This document shows, in pieces, positions 1-8,862 of a stretch of 52,223 bases of DNA (its first letter is position 1; each line of letters starts with the position of its first letter). The translations under genes and the position numbers were made by a program. This DNA is from a virus (taxonomy: Duplodnaviria; Caudoviricetes). Under the pieces are notes generated by a model that saw only the letters and a program-made list of their open reading frames with translations, was not told the origin of the DNA and ran no database searches. Where the stretch lies: positions 1 through 52,223 of IMG/VR virus record IMGVR_UViG_3300036376_000008. The stretch is one strand, 5' to 3'.

Positions 1-1584
1 ATGACGCGAGCTTACAGCTATCTCCGTTGCTCGACCCCGGAGCAGCTTCGGGGCGACAGCTTCCGACGCCAGGCCGAAGGATCCGCTCGGTACGCCGCCG
101 AGAACGGCCTGATTCTGGACGACACCCTCGACCTCAACGACCGAGGCATCAGCGCGTTCAAGGGCGCCAATCGAGATGCATCACTCGGCAGGTTCCTTGC
201 GGCGGTCGAGGAAGGACGTGTCGCCAAAGGATCCTACCTTCTCGTTGAGAGCCTAGACCGCCTGAGCCGCCAGACGGCCAGGAAGGCGCTGCGCACGCTT
301 GAAGAGATCGTGGAAGCCGGAATTACCGTTGTCACGCTCTCCGATCGCGCCGTCTACACGGTAGAGGCGATCGACAACGACCCTCTCGCTTTGATGCGCG
401 CGCTGCTCGTCATGATGCGGGCGCATGAGGAATCGAGCCTCAAGTCCACCCGCGTTGCCGGCGCCTGGGCGAGGAAGAGAGATCGCGCCAGGCAGAGCGG
501 CGAGGCGATGACGCGACGCTGCCCTGGTTGGCTTGAGATCAAGGACGGCCGTTACGTCCAGATCGAGAACCGCGCCGTAATCGTCAGGTGGCTCTTCGAA
601 CAGGCGATCTCTGGCCGCGGCAAGAGAACCCTCGCTGCCGAGTTGAACCGCCGCTCCGAGCCTGTATGGGGTCGAGGCAAGCGGTGGCACGACAGCTACG
701 TCCAGAAGATCCTGGCGTCCGTGGCGGTCTTCGGACGGCATGCGCCGCTCGCCGGCCGCGAGGCGCCGATCGACAACTACTTTCCGGCCGTGGTGGACGA
801 GGACACATATTGGCGCGCCCAGGCGGCTCTCGGCACCCGGCGCACGTCCGGAGCCACGGCCGAGATCGGGCGCAGCGGAAACGTGTTCCACGGCATCGGC
901 GTTTGCCAGACTTGCGGCGGCGCGATGCACTTCGTTGACAAAGGCGCACGCAGCCATGGTCCAGTTCTCGTCTGCGGCGAGAGCCGGGTCGGCCAGTGCG
1001 AAAACACGGATCGATGGCTTCCGGACTCGACCCGGTTGATCTGCATCGCGGCGCTCGACATCGAGGGATCCGGCTACTCGACATCGCAGGAGACGGCCCG
1101 CGCTGCGCACGATGCGGTCGTGACGGCGAAGACGCGGGTCGAGGCGTTCGAGCGCCGGGCAGCATCGCTCATGGAAGCCATCGCGGCCGGCGCGGGCGCA
1201 TCCCTGGCAGCAGCTCACGCCGCGGCCGAGATGGATCTTGCGACCGCCCGGCGATCCCTGGCCGATGCCGAGGCCGGGTTACGCGCGGTGACGCCGAGCG
1301 GCGACGACACGGAGTGGATCCTAGAGCTGCTGCGCGGCCAGGTTGAAGACCCGAAGACATGGAACAAGAACATGGCTGCGGCGCTCACGCGGACGGTCAA
1401 AAAGATCGAATTCGGCCGGGAGGGCTCAGTCAGGATCGAGCGCAGGAACGGCACGACCGCTAGCGCGGAGTTCCCGCACGGCTTCTGGCGACGCCGCGGC
1501 GAGATCCTGGTCGAGCACAATGCAGGGTGGTGGACGAGTGAGCGTGGGCCGGACGGCCGGCAGCGGAAGCGAGGCAAGAAATGA
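1..1584 (+). CDS. Large serine recombinase (integrase)
   Basis: N-terminal resolvase motifs 'AYSYLRCST' (catalytic Ser) and 'LLVESLDRLSR', then a recombinase domain, a Zn ribbon (CQTCGG...C...C) and a coiled coil. Confidence 0.92.
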   Translation: MTRAYSYLRCSTPEQLRGDSFRRQAEGSARYAAENGLILDDTLDLNDRGISAFKGANRDASLGRFLAAVEEGRVAKGSYLLVESLDRLSRQTARKALRTLEEIVEAGITVVTLSDRAVYTVEAIDNDPLALMRALLVMMRAHEESSLKSTRVAGAWARKRDRARQSGEAMTRRCPGWLEIKDGRYVQIENRAVIVRWLFEQAISGRGKRTLAAELNRRSEPVWGRGKRWHDSYVQKILASVAVFGRHAPLAGREAPIDNYFPAVVDEDTYWRAQAALGTRRTSGATAEIGRSGNVFHGIGVCQTCGGAMHFVDKGARSHGPVLVCGESRVGQCENTDRWLPDSTRLICIAALDIEGSGYSTSQETARAAHDAVVTAKTRVEAFERRAASLMEAIAAGAGASLAAAHAAAEMDLATARRSLADAEAGLRAVTPSGDDTEWILELLRGQVEDPKTWNKNMAAALTRTVKKIEFGREGSVRIERRNGTTASAEFPHGFWRRRGEILVEHNAGWWTSERGPDGRQRKRGKK

Positions 1585-1624
1585 CATGTATGTCAGCTTG
1601 TGGGACTTAAGCTGACATACATGT
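1584..1624. repeat. Perfect 16-bp inverted repeat with 9-nt spacer
   Basis: ACATGTATGTCAGCTT (1584-1599) / AAGCTGACATACATGT (1609-1624). Confidence 0.9.
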
Positions 1625-1638
1625 TAGTCCATTTTCCG

Positions 1639-1652
1639 TTTGTCTCTTTCGT
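1639..1652 (+). promoter_or_regulatory. Dispersed motif TTTGTCTCTTTCGT, copy 1
   Basis: Identical 14-mer also at 13768-13781(-), 19142-19155(-) and 22076-22089(+), all intergenic. Confidence 0.7.
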
Positions 1653-1828
1653 TCTCGACTGGAATCCTGATCACAGTTGCCGCTTGCACCGATCACCGCG
1701 TGGTGATGTCAGGCCGGCGACCAGTGCAAAACCAAGGTCCCCGTGGGACCCAACGGATGAAACGATCATGCGCCCTGTAACCGGCGACTGAATGGGCCGA
1801 GCCCGGGAGGTCCGCGTATGTGGGCCGC

Positions 1829-1864
1829 AAGACGCCAGATCGCGAGGTCTGGCGTTTTTGTTTT
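1829..1864 (+). terminator. Rho-independent terminator
   Basis: ACGCCAGA/TCTGGCGT stem followed by TTTTGTTTT. Confidence 0.65.
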
Positions 1865-2022
1865 CAGCGTCTCCCAGGCTTCCTCCGCATCGCGTTTACG
1901 CATCACTCGAGGTTCCGTGCTATCCACGGCGCCATGACCAAGCACCTGCTCATATCCGACCGCCCCACGACGCCACCCATCCCGCGTTGACGGCCGTCTC
2001 ATGACGGCCTTGGAGCCGTCCT

Positions 2023-4029
2023 ATGAGCAACGACTTTGAATCCTGCATCCCCGAAATTCCGCTGAAGATTTCCATCGAGCCGGACATCTGCGACCTCGCG
2101 ATCCTGTCCGCGCTGCGCCGTGTCGGCCTGCCCGATGCGATCCGCGCCGCCAGGGAGGACCTGCCCGCACTCATCGGCGTCACGCTGCCGACCGATTACG
2201 AAGTTTCCACGGCGATCGGCGTGATTCGCAGTGTCTTTTTCGAAGGCATCGACACGATGCCGGATCGCAAGACCCTGACGACCGACACCGTCCTGGTTCT
2301 CCTCGGCATGCGGTCGCAAGGCAGCGCGCTGAGCAACCCTGGGCTGACCGTTGTTGTTGCCGACGCCGGCGAGGTCGAGCGCGGCGCGGTGTGGCATGTG
2401 TCCGAACTCGCGGACCGCAGGATCGACGTGACGGTATGCGCGTCCGACATCCGGCGCGCGATCGCGCAAGCGTATCCCGAACTCGCCAACGAGCCGTTCG
2501 AGATCCACGACAACGCGTCTGTCAATGACCTCTCGAAGTTCCTGCATGAGAGCGTCACTGGTCATCAGCTCGTCCGGGCCGTGAACAAGATGGCCAAGCG
2601 CCGTCAGGCGAAGAGCGAGCAGCTGAAGCGCGATGCAGAGCCTGCGAAGACTGCCAGGAAGATCACTTTCCCGGTCACCGAGCCTGGCGGCATCTCGCTG
2701 TCCGAACTGCCGGGATTCTCGTCTGCGCGGCCGTGGGCAATGCAGTTGGCTTCCGACCTGCAGGCATACCTGCGCGGTGAGATCCCGTGGTCGGAGATCG
2801 ACCGCGGCGCCCTGCTCGTCGGCCCGCCCGGATGCGGAAAGTCCACGCTCATGCGCAGCCTCGCATCCACGGCCGGCGTGCCGATGATCTTCACCGGGTT
2901 TGCCGACTTTTCGAACGTGGGCGAAGGCCACATGGGAACGATCCTCAAGGGGATCTCGGCCCTGTTCACGCAGGTCGATGATCTCCTGCAGGAGCGCCGG
3001 GCCGTCATCGTGGCGATCGATGAGATCGACTCCGTGCCGCCGCGCGGAACAGGAGACCACTCCGACTACTGGGGTCCTATCGTCAACGCGTTCCTGGCTG
3101 CGATCAACGGCCGTCCGGGCATGATCGTCGTTGGCACAGCGAACAGCGCAAACGTAGACCCGGCGCTTGTTCGCCCAGGCCGGATGGACCGCGTCATCAA
3201 GATCGCGAATCCTGGTAGCGACGAGATCGCGCCCATCCTGCGCCACCACATCGGACACGATGTTACCGGCCTGGGATCGGTCTCTGGCATCCTGCGCGGC
3301 TCGTCCGCTGCCGACCTGGAGCAGATCGCTCGCTCAGCCCGGCGACGCGCCCGCAAGTTCGGTCGCATCCTGAGCATGGACGACATCAACGCTGTGATCG
3401 ATGAGATGCGGCCCCGGATCGTTGATGCTGACCTGGCGTACCAGATCGCGTTCCATGAAGCCGGGCATGCCGTCGCGCAGCTCTCAAGTCCGCATGTCGT
3501 TGGCGTCGATATCACGCTTTCCGAAACCTACTGCGCTGCCCGCGCGGAGTGCCGGGACGGATCCGATTTCCAGTCGATCGGATACTTGAGCTCGCGCCTG
3601 GTCGAGCTTCTTGCCGGCCGCGTTGCCGAGCGCAGGCATTGCGGAACCGTGAGCCGCGGAGCCGGTGGTCAGGAGGCCGAGAGCGACTTGCGCCGGGCTA
3701 CGAGGATCGCTATCGAGCTTGAGACGCAGCACGGCGTCGGCGTCACCGGACTCGTCCACGTGACGGATGACAAGGACCACGCGCTGCTGAATCCGCGCAT
3801 CCATGATGCCGTGCGGAGGAGGCTCGAAGACGCGCAGACCGCAGCCGAGCGGCTGATTGATGATCGATGGCACGTTGTCGGCGCACTGGCACTCGCCCTG
3901 GTACGAGACCGTTACATCTCGTCTGAGCGCGTGAAGGAGATCGTGGAGCGGGCAGATGCCGTGAAGCGTCAGGCCGACGTTGTGCTTGCGGCCGATCTTG
4001 ACGAGGCGGCGCTCAGCGAGAGCCTGTAA
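2023..4029 (+). CDS. Soluble FtsH-like AAA+ ATPase with peptidase M41 domain
   Basis: Walker A GPPGCGKS, Walker B IDEID, SRH 'DPALVRPGRMD', zinc motif HEAGH, 'LLAGRVAE', 'SDL'; no N-terminal TM helices. Confidence 0.88.
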   Translation: MSNDFESCIPEIPLKISIEPDICDLAILSALRRVGLPDAIRAAREDLPALIGVTLPTDYEVSTAIGVIRSVFFEGIDTMPDRKTLTTDTVLVLLGMRSQGSALSNPGLTVVVADAGEVERGAVWHVSELADRRIDVTVCASDIRRAIAQAYPELANEPFEIHDNASVNDLSKFLHESVTGHQLVRAVNKMAKRRQAKSEQLKRDAEPAKTARKITFPVTEPGGISLSELPGFSSARPWAMQLASDLQAYLRGEIPWSEIDRGALLVGPPGCGKSTLMRSLASTAGVPMIFTGFADFSNVGEGHMGTILKGISALFTQVDDLLQERRAVIVAIDEIDSVPPRGTGDHSDYWGPIVNAFLAAINGRPGMIVVGTANSANVDPALVRPGRMDRVIKIANPGSDEIAPILRHHIGHDVTGLGSVSGILRGSSAADLEQIARSARRRARKFGRILSMDDINAVIDEMRPRIVDADLAYQIAFHEAGHAVAQLSSPHVVGVDITLSETYCAARAECRDGSDFQSIGYLSSRLVELLAGRVAERRHCGTVSRGAGGQEAESDLRRATRIAIELETQHGVGVTGLVHVTDDKDHALLNPRIHDAVRRRLEDAQTAAERLIDDRWHVVGALALALVRDRYISSERVKEIVERADAVKRQADVVLAADLDEAALSESL

Positions 4030-4034
4030 ACGAG

Positions 4035-4061
4035 AAGACCCCGGTCGATGCCGGGGTCTTT
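4035..4061. terminator. Terminator hairpin between convergent genes
   Basis: AAGACCCCGG-tcgatg-CCGGGGTCTT. Confidence 0.7.
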
Positions 4062-4083
4062 CACTTCGAACTCAAGATGACGA

Positions 4084-4389
4084 TCACTCCCGGCCGACGT
4101 GCTTGCGGACCCAATCCCAGTTCGGTTCCGGCTGCTTGATGCCGCGCTTGCAGATCTCGTTCACGATGCTCAGTCGGGTCTCGATCGCGTTGCGCTCTTC
4201 CTGCGCGATCTTGATGACCGCCTCGTCAACCCAGGCCGGCAGCTTGACGTTGCCGGAGAGCCACTGCGTGAGCAGCCGGACCGACATCTTGTGCCGCGGG
4301 TGGTGGATCGCCAGGGCGCGGGCCATGGGCGACTGCCACTCCCGGCCGAAGATCGCCTCGCCCTCGAAAGCAAGCTGCTTCGGCGTCAT
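4084..4389 (-). CDS. Small HTH-like DNA-binding protein (paralogue 1)
   Basis: MTPKQLAFEGEAIFGREWQSPMARAL...SVRLLTQWLSG..LP; ATG overlaps the upstream stop (TGATG). Confidence 0.7.
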   Translation of the reverse strand: MTPKQLAFEGEAIFGREWQSPMARALAIHHPRHKMSVRLLTQWLSGNVKLPAWVDEAVIKIAQEERNAIETRLSIVNEICKRGIKQPEPNWDWVRKHVGRE

Positions 4390-4757
4390 CACGCGACCTC
4401 CTCGGTCTTGACGCTGACGCGCGCGAGGACGTTGCTGACGCTGACGAAGCAGTCCATCCACCGGCTCATCTCGGAGCTGACGTATTCCGCAACGCGCTTG
4501 TCCTTGATGCGCTCAACGACCGGCGCGTCGGCGAGGTGCTTTGCGAACTTGCAGGCGCCGAGCCACGACAGATGGTCGATGCTGACGCAATTGACGGCAT
4601 CCTGGGCGACGCAATCGAGCTGCTCCTGCGTCAGCTCGACCTCGACATCCTCCTGGACGGCCGGGTCGAAGCCGTTCTTCAGGAAAATGTACGACGTGCT
4701 GCCGCTGCTCACCATGTAGAAGGCGAGGCGCTCGCTGTGGCTGAGAACGATCTTCAT
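4389..4757 (-). CDS. Hypothetical protein
   Basis: Strong RBS AGGAGCAAGAC before MKIVLSH; translationally coupled to the next gene. Confidence 0.7.
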   Translation of the reverse strand: MKIVLSHSERLAFYMVSSGSTSYIFLKNGFDPAVQEDVEVELTQEQLDCVAQDAVNCVSIDHLSWLGACKFAKHLADAPVVERIKDKRVAEYVSSEMSRWMDCFVSVSNVLARVSVKTEEVA

Positions 4758-4861
4758 GGTCTTGCTCCTTTGCTCCATGCCGTGTTGGCATTATCCTAGA
4801 TATAGGAGAATGTGGTCATGGCGCAAGGGCCACCTGAGAAAAAAGTGAAGTGTCGAGCAAG

Positions 4862-4908
4862 GTTCTATTATAACCGAACTTCTGGCGAAAGTTCTGCTAT
4901 AATAGAAC
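4862..4908. repeat. AT-rich inverted repeat (operator candidate)
   Basis: GTTCTATTATA...GAACTT...AAGTTC...TATAATAGAAC. Confidence 0.7.
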
Positions 4909-4938
4909 GAGGCCGCAGCGTTCACTGCGGCCTCGTTT
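4906..4938. terminator. Terminator hairpin
   Basis: AACGAGGCCGCAG-cgttca-CTGCGGCCTCGTT right at the 4937 stop. Confidence 0.7.
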
Positions 4939-5185
4939 ATTCGAATTCGCGGAGCTTATCGGCCCGCGCGCCCAGGTCGATCCGCAGCCGCCTGGCGAGG
5001 TTGCGGACGGCCGGCTCGACCCAGTCCGGGATCCCGCGCTCTCGCGTCACCCAACGCTGCACGATGCGGTAGGTGACGATAGCCCGGGACGGATTGTACG
5101 GCGTCAGGGCGCCAGCGAGGTCGGACTTCCAGGAGACCCCGAAAGCCGCCTCACCGAACTTCTCCAGGCGCTCAGGCGTCAGCAT
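4937..5185 (-). CDS. Small HTH-like DNA-binding protein (paralogue 2)
   Basis: MLTPERLEKFGEAAFGVSWKSDLAGAL...TYRIVQRWVT..RGIP aligns with 4084-4389. Confidence 0.72.
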   Translation of the reverse strand: MLTPERLEKFGEAAFGVSWKSDLAGALTPYNPSRAIVTYRIVQRWVTRERGIPDWVEPAVRNLARRLRIDLGARADKLREFE

Positions 5186-5654
5186 TGGCGAGTTCCTGCC
5201 AGAGCCGTTTGCCGCCTTTGTTCGTGACCGTGGCGACCGCCAAGACATTGTCCATCTCGATTCCGTACTTCGCGTACGCCTCGTCGTAGCCCATGAAAGC
5301 GGTGCTCAGGTTGCGACGCAGCATATTGTCGAAGTCGGTCATCTTGCGAACGACCCAATCGGACGTGATCGCGCTGACGCTGAAGTTGATGCGCCAAGCG
5401 AGGTGAGCCAGGTCATTTTCCGCGATCTCGGCGTCGTTGAGACCGTGGCGGTCAGCGGCCACGCTGATTTTGCAGATCTCTCCAACAATGGTGTCAAGCT
5501 GCAGGCGCAACGCGTTGGCCTTCTCGGCATCAGCGTTCATACCCATCTCGCGCAGCGCCGTCACGGCGGCGACAAGCGTGTTGGACGCATCGTTAGCCTG
5601 TTCAAATGCGCAGTGGATAGCCTTTGTAGCGGTCTTCTTCGTCGTATTGCTCAT
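5172..5654 (-). CDS. Hypothetical helical protein
   Basis: 160-aa ORF with RBS GGAGCAGG; overlaps the next gene. Confidence 0.7.
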   Translation of the reverse strand: MSNTTKKTATKAIHCAFEQANDASNTLVAAVTALREMGMNADAEKANALRLQLDTIVGEICKISVAADRHGLNDAEIAENDLAHLAWRINFSVSAITSDWVVRKMTDFDNMLRRNLSTAFMGYDEAYAKYGIEMDNVLAVATVTNKGGKRLWQELANADA

Positions 5655-5680
5655 TGTCCTGCTCCGTTGTCTGCAAAGTT

Positions 5681-5709
5681 GAAAAAGGGCGGCGAGGTCA
5701 TCGCCGCCC
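5681..5709 (-). terminator. Rho-independent terminator
   Basis: GGGCGGCGA-tgacc-TCGCCGCCC followed by TTTTT on the minus strand. Confidence 0.7.
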
Positions 5710-5718
5710 AGGGTTGCA

Positions 5719-6057
5719 TCAGGCCCAGTCGATCTCCGGGTCCTCGTCGTCGTTCAGCGACTCGTACTCGTCGCGCAGGTACTGCAGCTCGTCGGCCGTC
5801 ATCTCGCGGCGCAGGCCGTTGTAGATCTCGTGGTCCAGGGCGGCGTTGAAGTACGCGACGAAGTTGTACTCCGAGCGCGTGTAGTTGTTGCACATGATGT
5901 CTTCGTCGGCGCCGTCGTTGATGTGCGCGGCGACGCGGTCGAGCAGCGCGCGGCGGCTGATGCTGCCGCTGAACGTCTTGCCGTATGCACGGTGCAGCTC
6001 GGTGCGGACGGCGTCCTCGACGTGGGCGGGGAACTTCTCGGCGGTCTTCGTAGCCAT
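5719..6057 (-). CDS. Hypothetical acidic protein
   Basis: RBS AGGAGCAAGAC before MATKTAEK; strongly GC3-biased codons. Confidence 0.72.
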   Translation of the reverse strand: MATKTAEKFPAHVEDAVRTELHRAYGKTFSGSISRRALLDRVAAHINDGADEDIMCNNYTRSEYNFVAYFNAALDHEIYNGLRREMTADELQYLRDEYESLNDDEDPEIDWA

Positions 6058-6098
6058 TGTCTTGCTCCTGACAAGGTGTTGTGGCGAACCCATGGACA

Positions 6099-6127
6099 TA
6101 CATATATGACCACTCGGATCATGTCAA
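6099..6127 (-). promoter_or_regulatory. Sigma70-like promoter
   Basis: TTGACA-N17-TATGTA on the minus strand upstream of 6057. Confidence 0.55.
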
Positions 6128-6147
6128 CGGCCGGGCGCAAGAAATCG

Positions 6148-6183
6148 CGAAAGGAAACTTAAGGCCGCTTTAGTTTCCTTTCG
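6148..6183. repeat. 12-bp inverted repeat containing a CtrA-like TTAA-N7-TTAG
   Basis: CGAAAGGAAACT / AGTTTCCTTTCG. Confidence 0.7.
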
Positions 6184-6388
6184 ACGGCCGGGGCGATCAT
6201 GCGCCGGTACTCTGCCGCCGAGATGCGCTCCTGCGCATATCGAGGTAATTTAAGCTTAATTACACTAGCGCCTAAAGAGATCCACGAAACAGGTGTCCAG
6301 CGGATTCAGTAGAGGTCTTCACAAAAGGAAAATCGCACGTGCTCAGGACTGGGCTGTGCAATCAAAGAGCTTGAGGATGCCGTCATAT

Positions 6389-7660
6389 CTACGCCTCGGT
6401 CGCGTCGCTCGTCACCCGCTGCCTAGTGTTGAATGCCGTTGGCAGCCCCTGGGCGCCGCGTCCTTTCCCGGTCCCCGGGTGCGGCTTGTGATCCCCCTGC
6501 ATCGGCAGGTACTCCTCCGGGACGTCGGCCAGCTTGACTGGCGGCGGAACCGGCAATCGGCGTGGCGGCATGAGGCGCAGCGGAGTGTCGATCGGCGCGG
6601 CCAGAAGTTGCACCCTGATCGCCCTGGCAAGGATCTCGGCGATAAGGGATGGGACCGCGTTCCCAAGCATCCTCTGCATCTCGGTGCGGCCGCACTCGAT
6701 CTTGAGCCCGTCCGGGAAGGTCTGGATCCGGCACATCTCCTCGAAGGTGAGCTTTCGGCTGTTCCAGTGGAACGGCCCGATGGCGCTGCCGGGCTGCGCC
6801 TGGACCGTCCAGGATGGTAGCCGCTTCGAGAGCTTCAGAAGAAACGACCAGTAGCGGGTGCGCCATCCAAAAAGCGGAAGGCCTCCACCGCGCGGAGTGT
6901 GCCACAGGTAGTTCTCGCCTTCGGGAATGGAGGGCAACAGGTCGCCCCACTTCCCCCCGATGCGCAAACCATCAAAGTCGTTCGGCTCGGCGAGGTCGCC
7001 TATCGCGTCCCATGCCGTCATGAACGGCTCGCGCGGCCCGGCGAAGAGGTCCCGCGCTCCTTTGTCGACACCAACATGCGTCGGCTCAGGGAAGCGGAAC
7101 TGACGGCCGTCCCGCGAGCCGACGATGAAGACGCGCTCGCGGATCTGCGGGACGCCGTATTCAACACATCTGATGACGCGCCATGTAGGCTGATAGTTCG
7201 TGCCCACGGCCTCGTTGATGTTCCGGACCCCCTCCAGCAGCAGCTGAAGGCCTTCGTCCTTGCCCTCGTACGCGAGGCCCCCAACGTTCTCTAACAGGAA
7301 GACCTTGGGCCGCGTATCCCGCAGGACCCTCAGGTATGCGGCGAGCGTGTTGGCTCGCGGGTCGTCCAGGCGCAGTGTGTCACCCCGGACCCAGTATGAC
7401 GACTTGGAGAACGGCTGGCAGGGAGGCCCGCCAATTAGCATGTCGGCCTCGCCCGCTGCCAGCCTCCCTTGCCGCAGGATCTCCTCTGACGTCACCTGAT
7501 GGACATCACCCTCGATCACCGCCCAGTCCGGCCGGTTGAGGCGCATCGCCCGGCAAGCGAACCGGTCCCACTCCAGGGCCACGCGCGTTTCGAAACCGGC
7601 CTCTTCGAACCCAAAGTCCAGGCCGCCGATGCCGCTAAAGAGACTGATTGTTTTGAACAT
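6389..7660 (-). CDS. DNA (cytosine-5) methyltransferase
   Basis: Motifs FSGIGG, GGPPCQPFS, ENV, PQIRERVF, RIQTFP, GNAV. Confidence 0.95.
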   Translation of the reverse strand: MFKTISLFSGIGGLDFGFEEAGFETRVALEWDRFACRAMRLNRPDWAVIEGDVHQVTSEEILRQGRLAAGEADMLIGGPPCQPFSKSSYWVRGDTLRLDDPRANTLAAYLRVLRDTRPKVFLLENVGGLAYEGKDEGLQLLLEGVRNINEAVGTNYQPTWRVIRCVEYGVPQIRERVFIVGSRDGRQFRFPEPTHVGVDKGARDLFAGPREPFMTAWDAIGDLAEPNDFDGLRIGGKWGDLLPSIPEGENYLWHTPRGGGLPLFGWRTRYWSFLLKLSKRLPSWTVQAQPGSAIGPFHWNSRKLTFEEMCRIQTFPDGLKIECGRTEMQRMLGNAVPSLIAEILARAIRVQLLAAPIDTPLRLMPPRRLPVPPPVKLADVPEEYLPMQGDHKPHPGTGKGRGAQGLPTAFNTRQRVTSDATEA

Positions 7661-7749
7661 GAAGGGATTCTAACCGGATCCGGTGAGCGTCTGTTAACCC
7701 TGAAGTCGCACCATCGTCGTCCCATCCACAGGGAAGACGGTAGGGCGCG

Positions 7750-8853
7750 GTGCTCCGACTCGATGGAACGTTAGCAGAACATATCCTTCGCGAGGAAGCA
7801 GCCAAAGCTTTGCAGGATCCAGGCGACGCGGCATGGATCAAGAAGGTCGAGCGCCTTTCCGATATGTGCGAGGCCTCCGGGATGCGGACGCACATCGCCT
7901 TCCTCGGTACTGCTCTTCTGGCGAAATCAGTCGACCGGAGAGCGGACCTCTACTGGATCAAGCCCAAGCACGCCAGCGAGGCACCGAACGCGTTCTCGGC
8001 AAGATCGTTTGCGCACGGCATCCTAGTCCCAATGTCCGCTGCGTTAGGATTCAGCCTCGGCGTGACCGGACGGGAGCCGCTCAACAACCAACCGTACTTC
8101 CGCATGACCCGCTTGGACGACGGCACGCCGGTGCACCAGGCAAGCAAACCTTCTTTCGACTACATGCTGACGCTCATCAAGGAGCTTCAGGACGTGCCTT
8201 CGGAAGCAATCGCTCGTGACGCGCTGCGCGCCTACATCACCGTGCGCACTCGGTACCAAACTCGCTACGGCGCCTCATCTGGAGCGTTCGCGATCACGCC
8301 GGAAGCGCTGCTTTCGGTGATCGCGACCTTCGTGAGCGAGACCTCGGAAGGTGGGAAGCGAGCTCAGGCCGTCGTCGCCGGTCTCTTCGACGTCGTCGTC
8401 GGCGAAGAGCGCGTGATATCGGACCGGATCAATGACCCGTCGCGCCGGCATCCGGGCGATGTTGTCGTCATGGATGATGAGATCGTCGAGAAGGCGATCG
8501 AGGTGAAAGACAAGCCGGCGTCCGAAAGCGACATTCAGCTGTTCGCCCGCAAGTGCGTATCCAAAGGCACTCGCGAGGCGGCGTACGTGATGGTTTCAAG
8601 GACGCAAGCACCGCTAAACGAGCCGGGTCTACAGCGGTGGGCTGCCGACCTGGGCATCGGCCTCACCCTCTTCCACGGCTGGCCGGAGCTGGTGACGCAG
8701 GCGCTGTTCTGGGCTCCGGCTCCACGTCATGAAGCGGCCGTTGCAGTTGCCGAGCGTGTGCGTGAACGTCTCGTCGGCGTCGAGGCGAACCCAGAAAGTG
8801 TGAGTCGGTGGGAGGCCCTGATCGCGCTCAATGCGCCAAAGACAAGGCCCTAG
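7750..8853 (+). CDS. Type II restriction endonuclease, SacI family (probable)
   Basis: Divergent from the C5 MTase; PD-(D/E)xK-like 'PGDV...AIEVKDK'; 'PLNNQPYFR' and 'SEGG' segments typical of SacI-family proteins. Confidence 0.7.
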   Translation: MLRLDGTLAEHILREEAAKALQDPGDAAWIKKVERLSDMCEASGMRTHIAFLGTALLAKSVDRRADLYWIKPKHASEAPNAFSARSFAHGILVPMSAALGFSLGVTGREPLNNQPYFRMTRLDDGTPVHQASKPSFDYMLTLIKELQDVPSEAIARDALRAYITVRTRYQTRYGASSGAFAITPEALLSVIATFVSETSEGGKRAQAVVAGLFDVVVGEERVISDRINDPSRRHPGDVVVMDDEIVEKAIEVKDKPASESDIQLFARKCVSKGTREAAYVMVSRTQAPLNEPGLQRWAADLGIGLTLFHGWPELVTQALFWAPAPRHEAAVAVAERVRERLVGVEANPESVSRWEALIALNAPKTRP

Positions 8854-8862
8854 GACACCAGC

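Noticed and set aside
4876-4890. Alphaproteobacterial LexA box (GAAC-N7-GAAC)
   Set aside because: The sequence is GAAC-N7-GAAA, a mismatch, and is better explained as part of the larger inverted repeat
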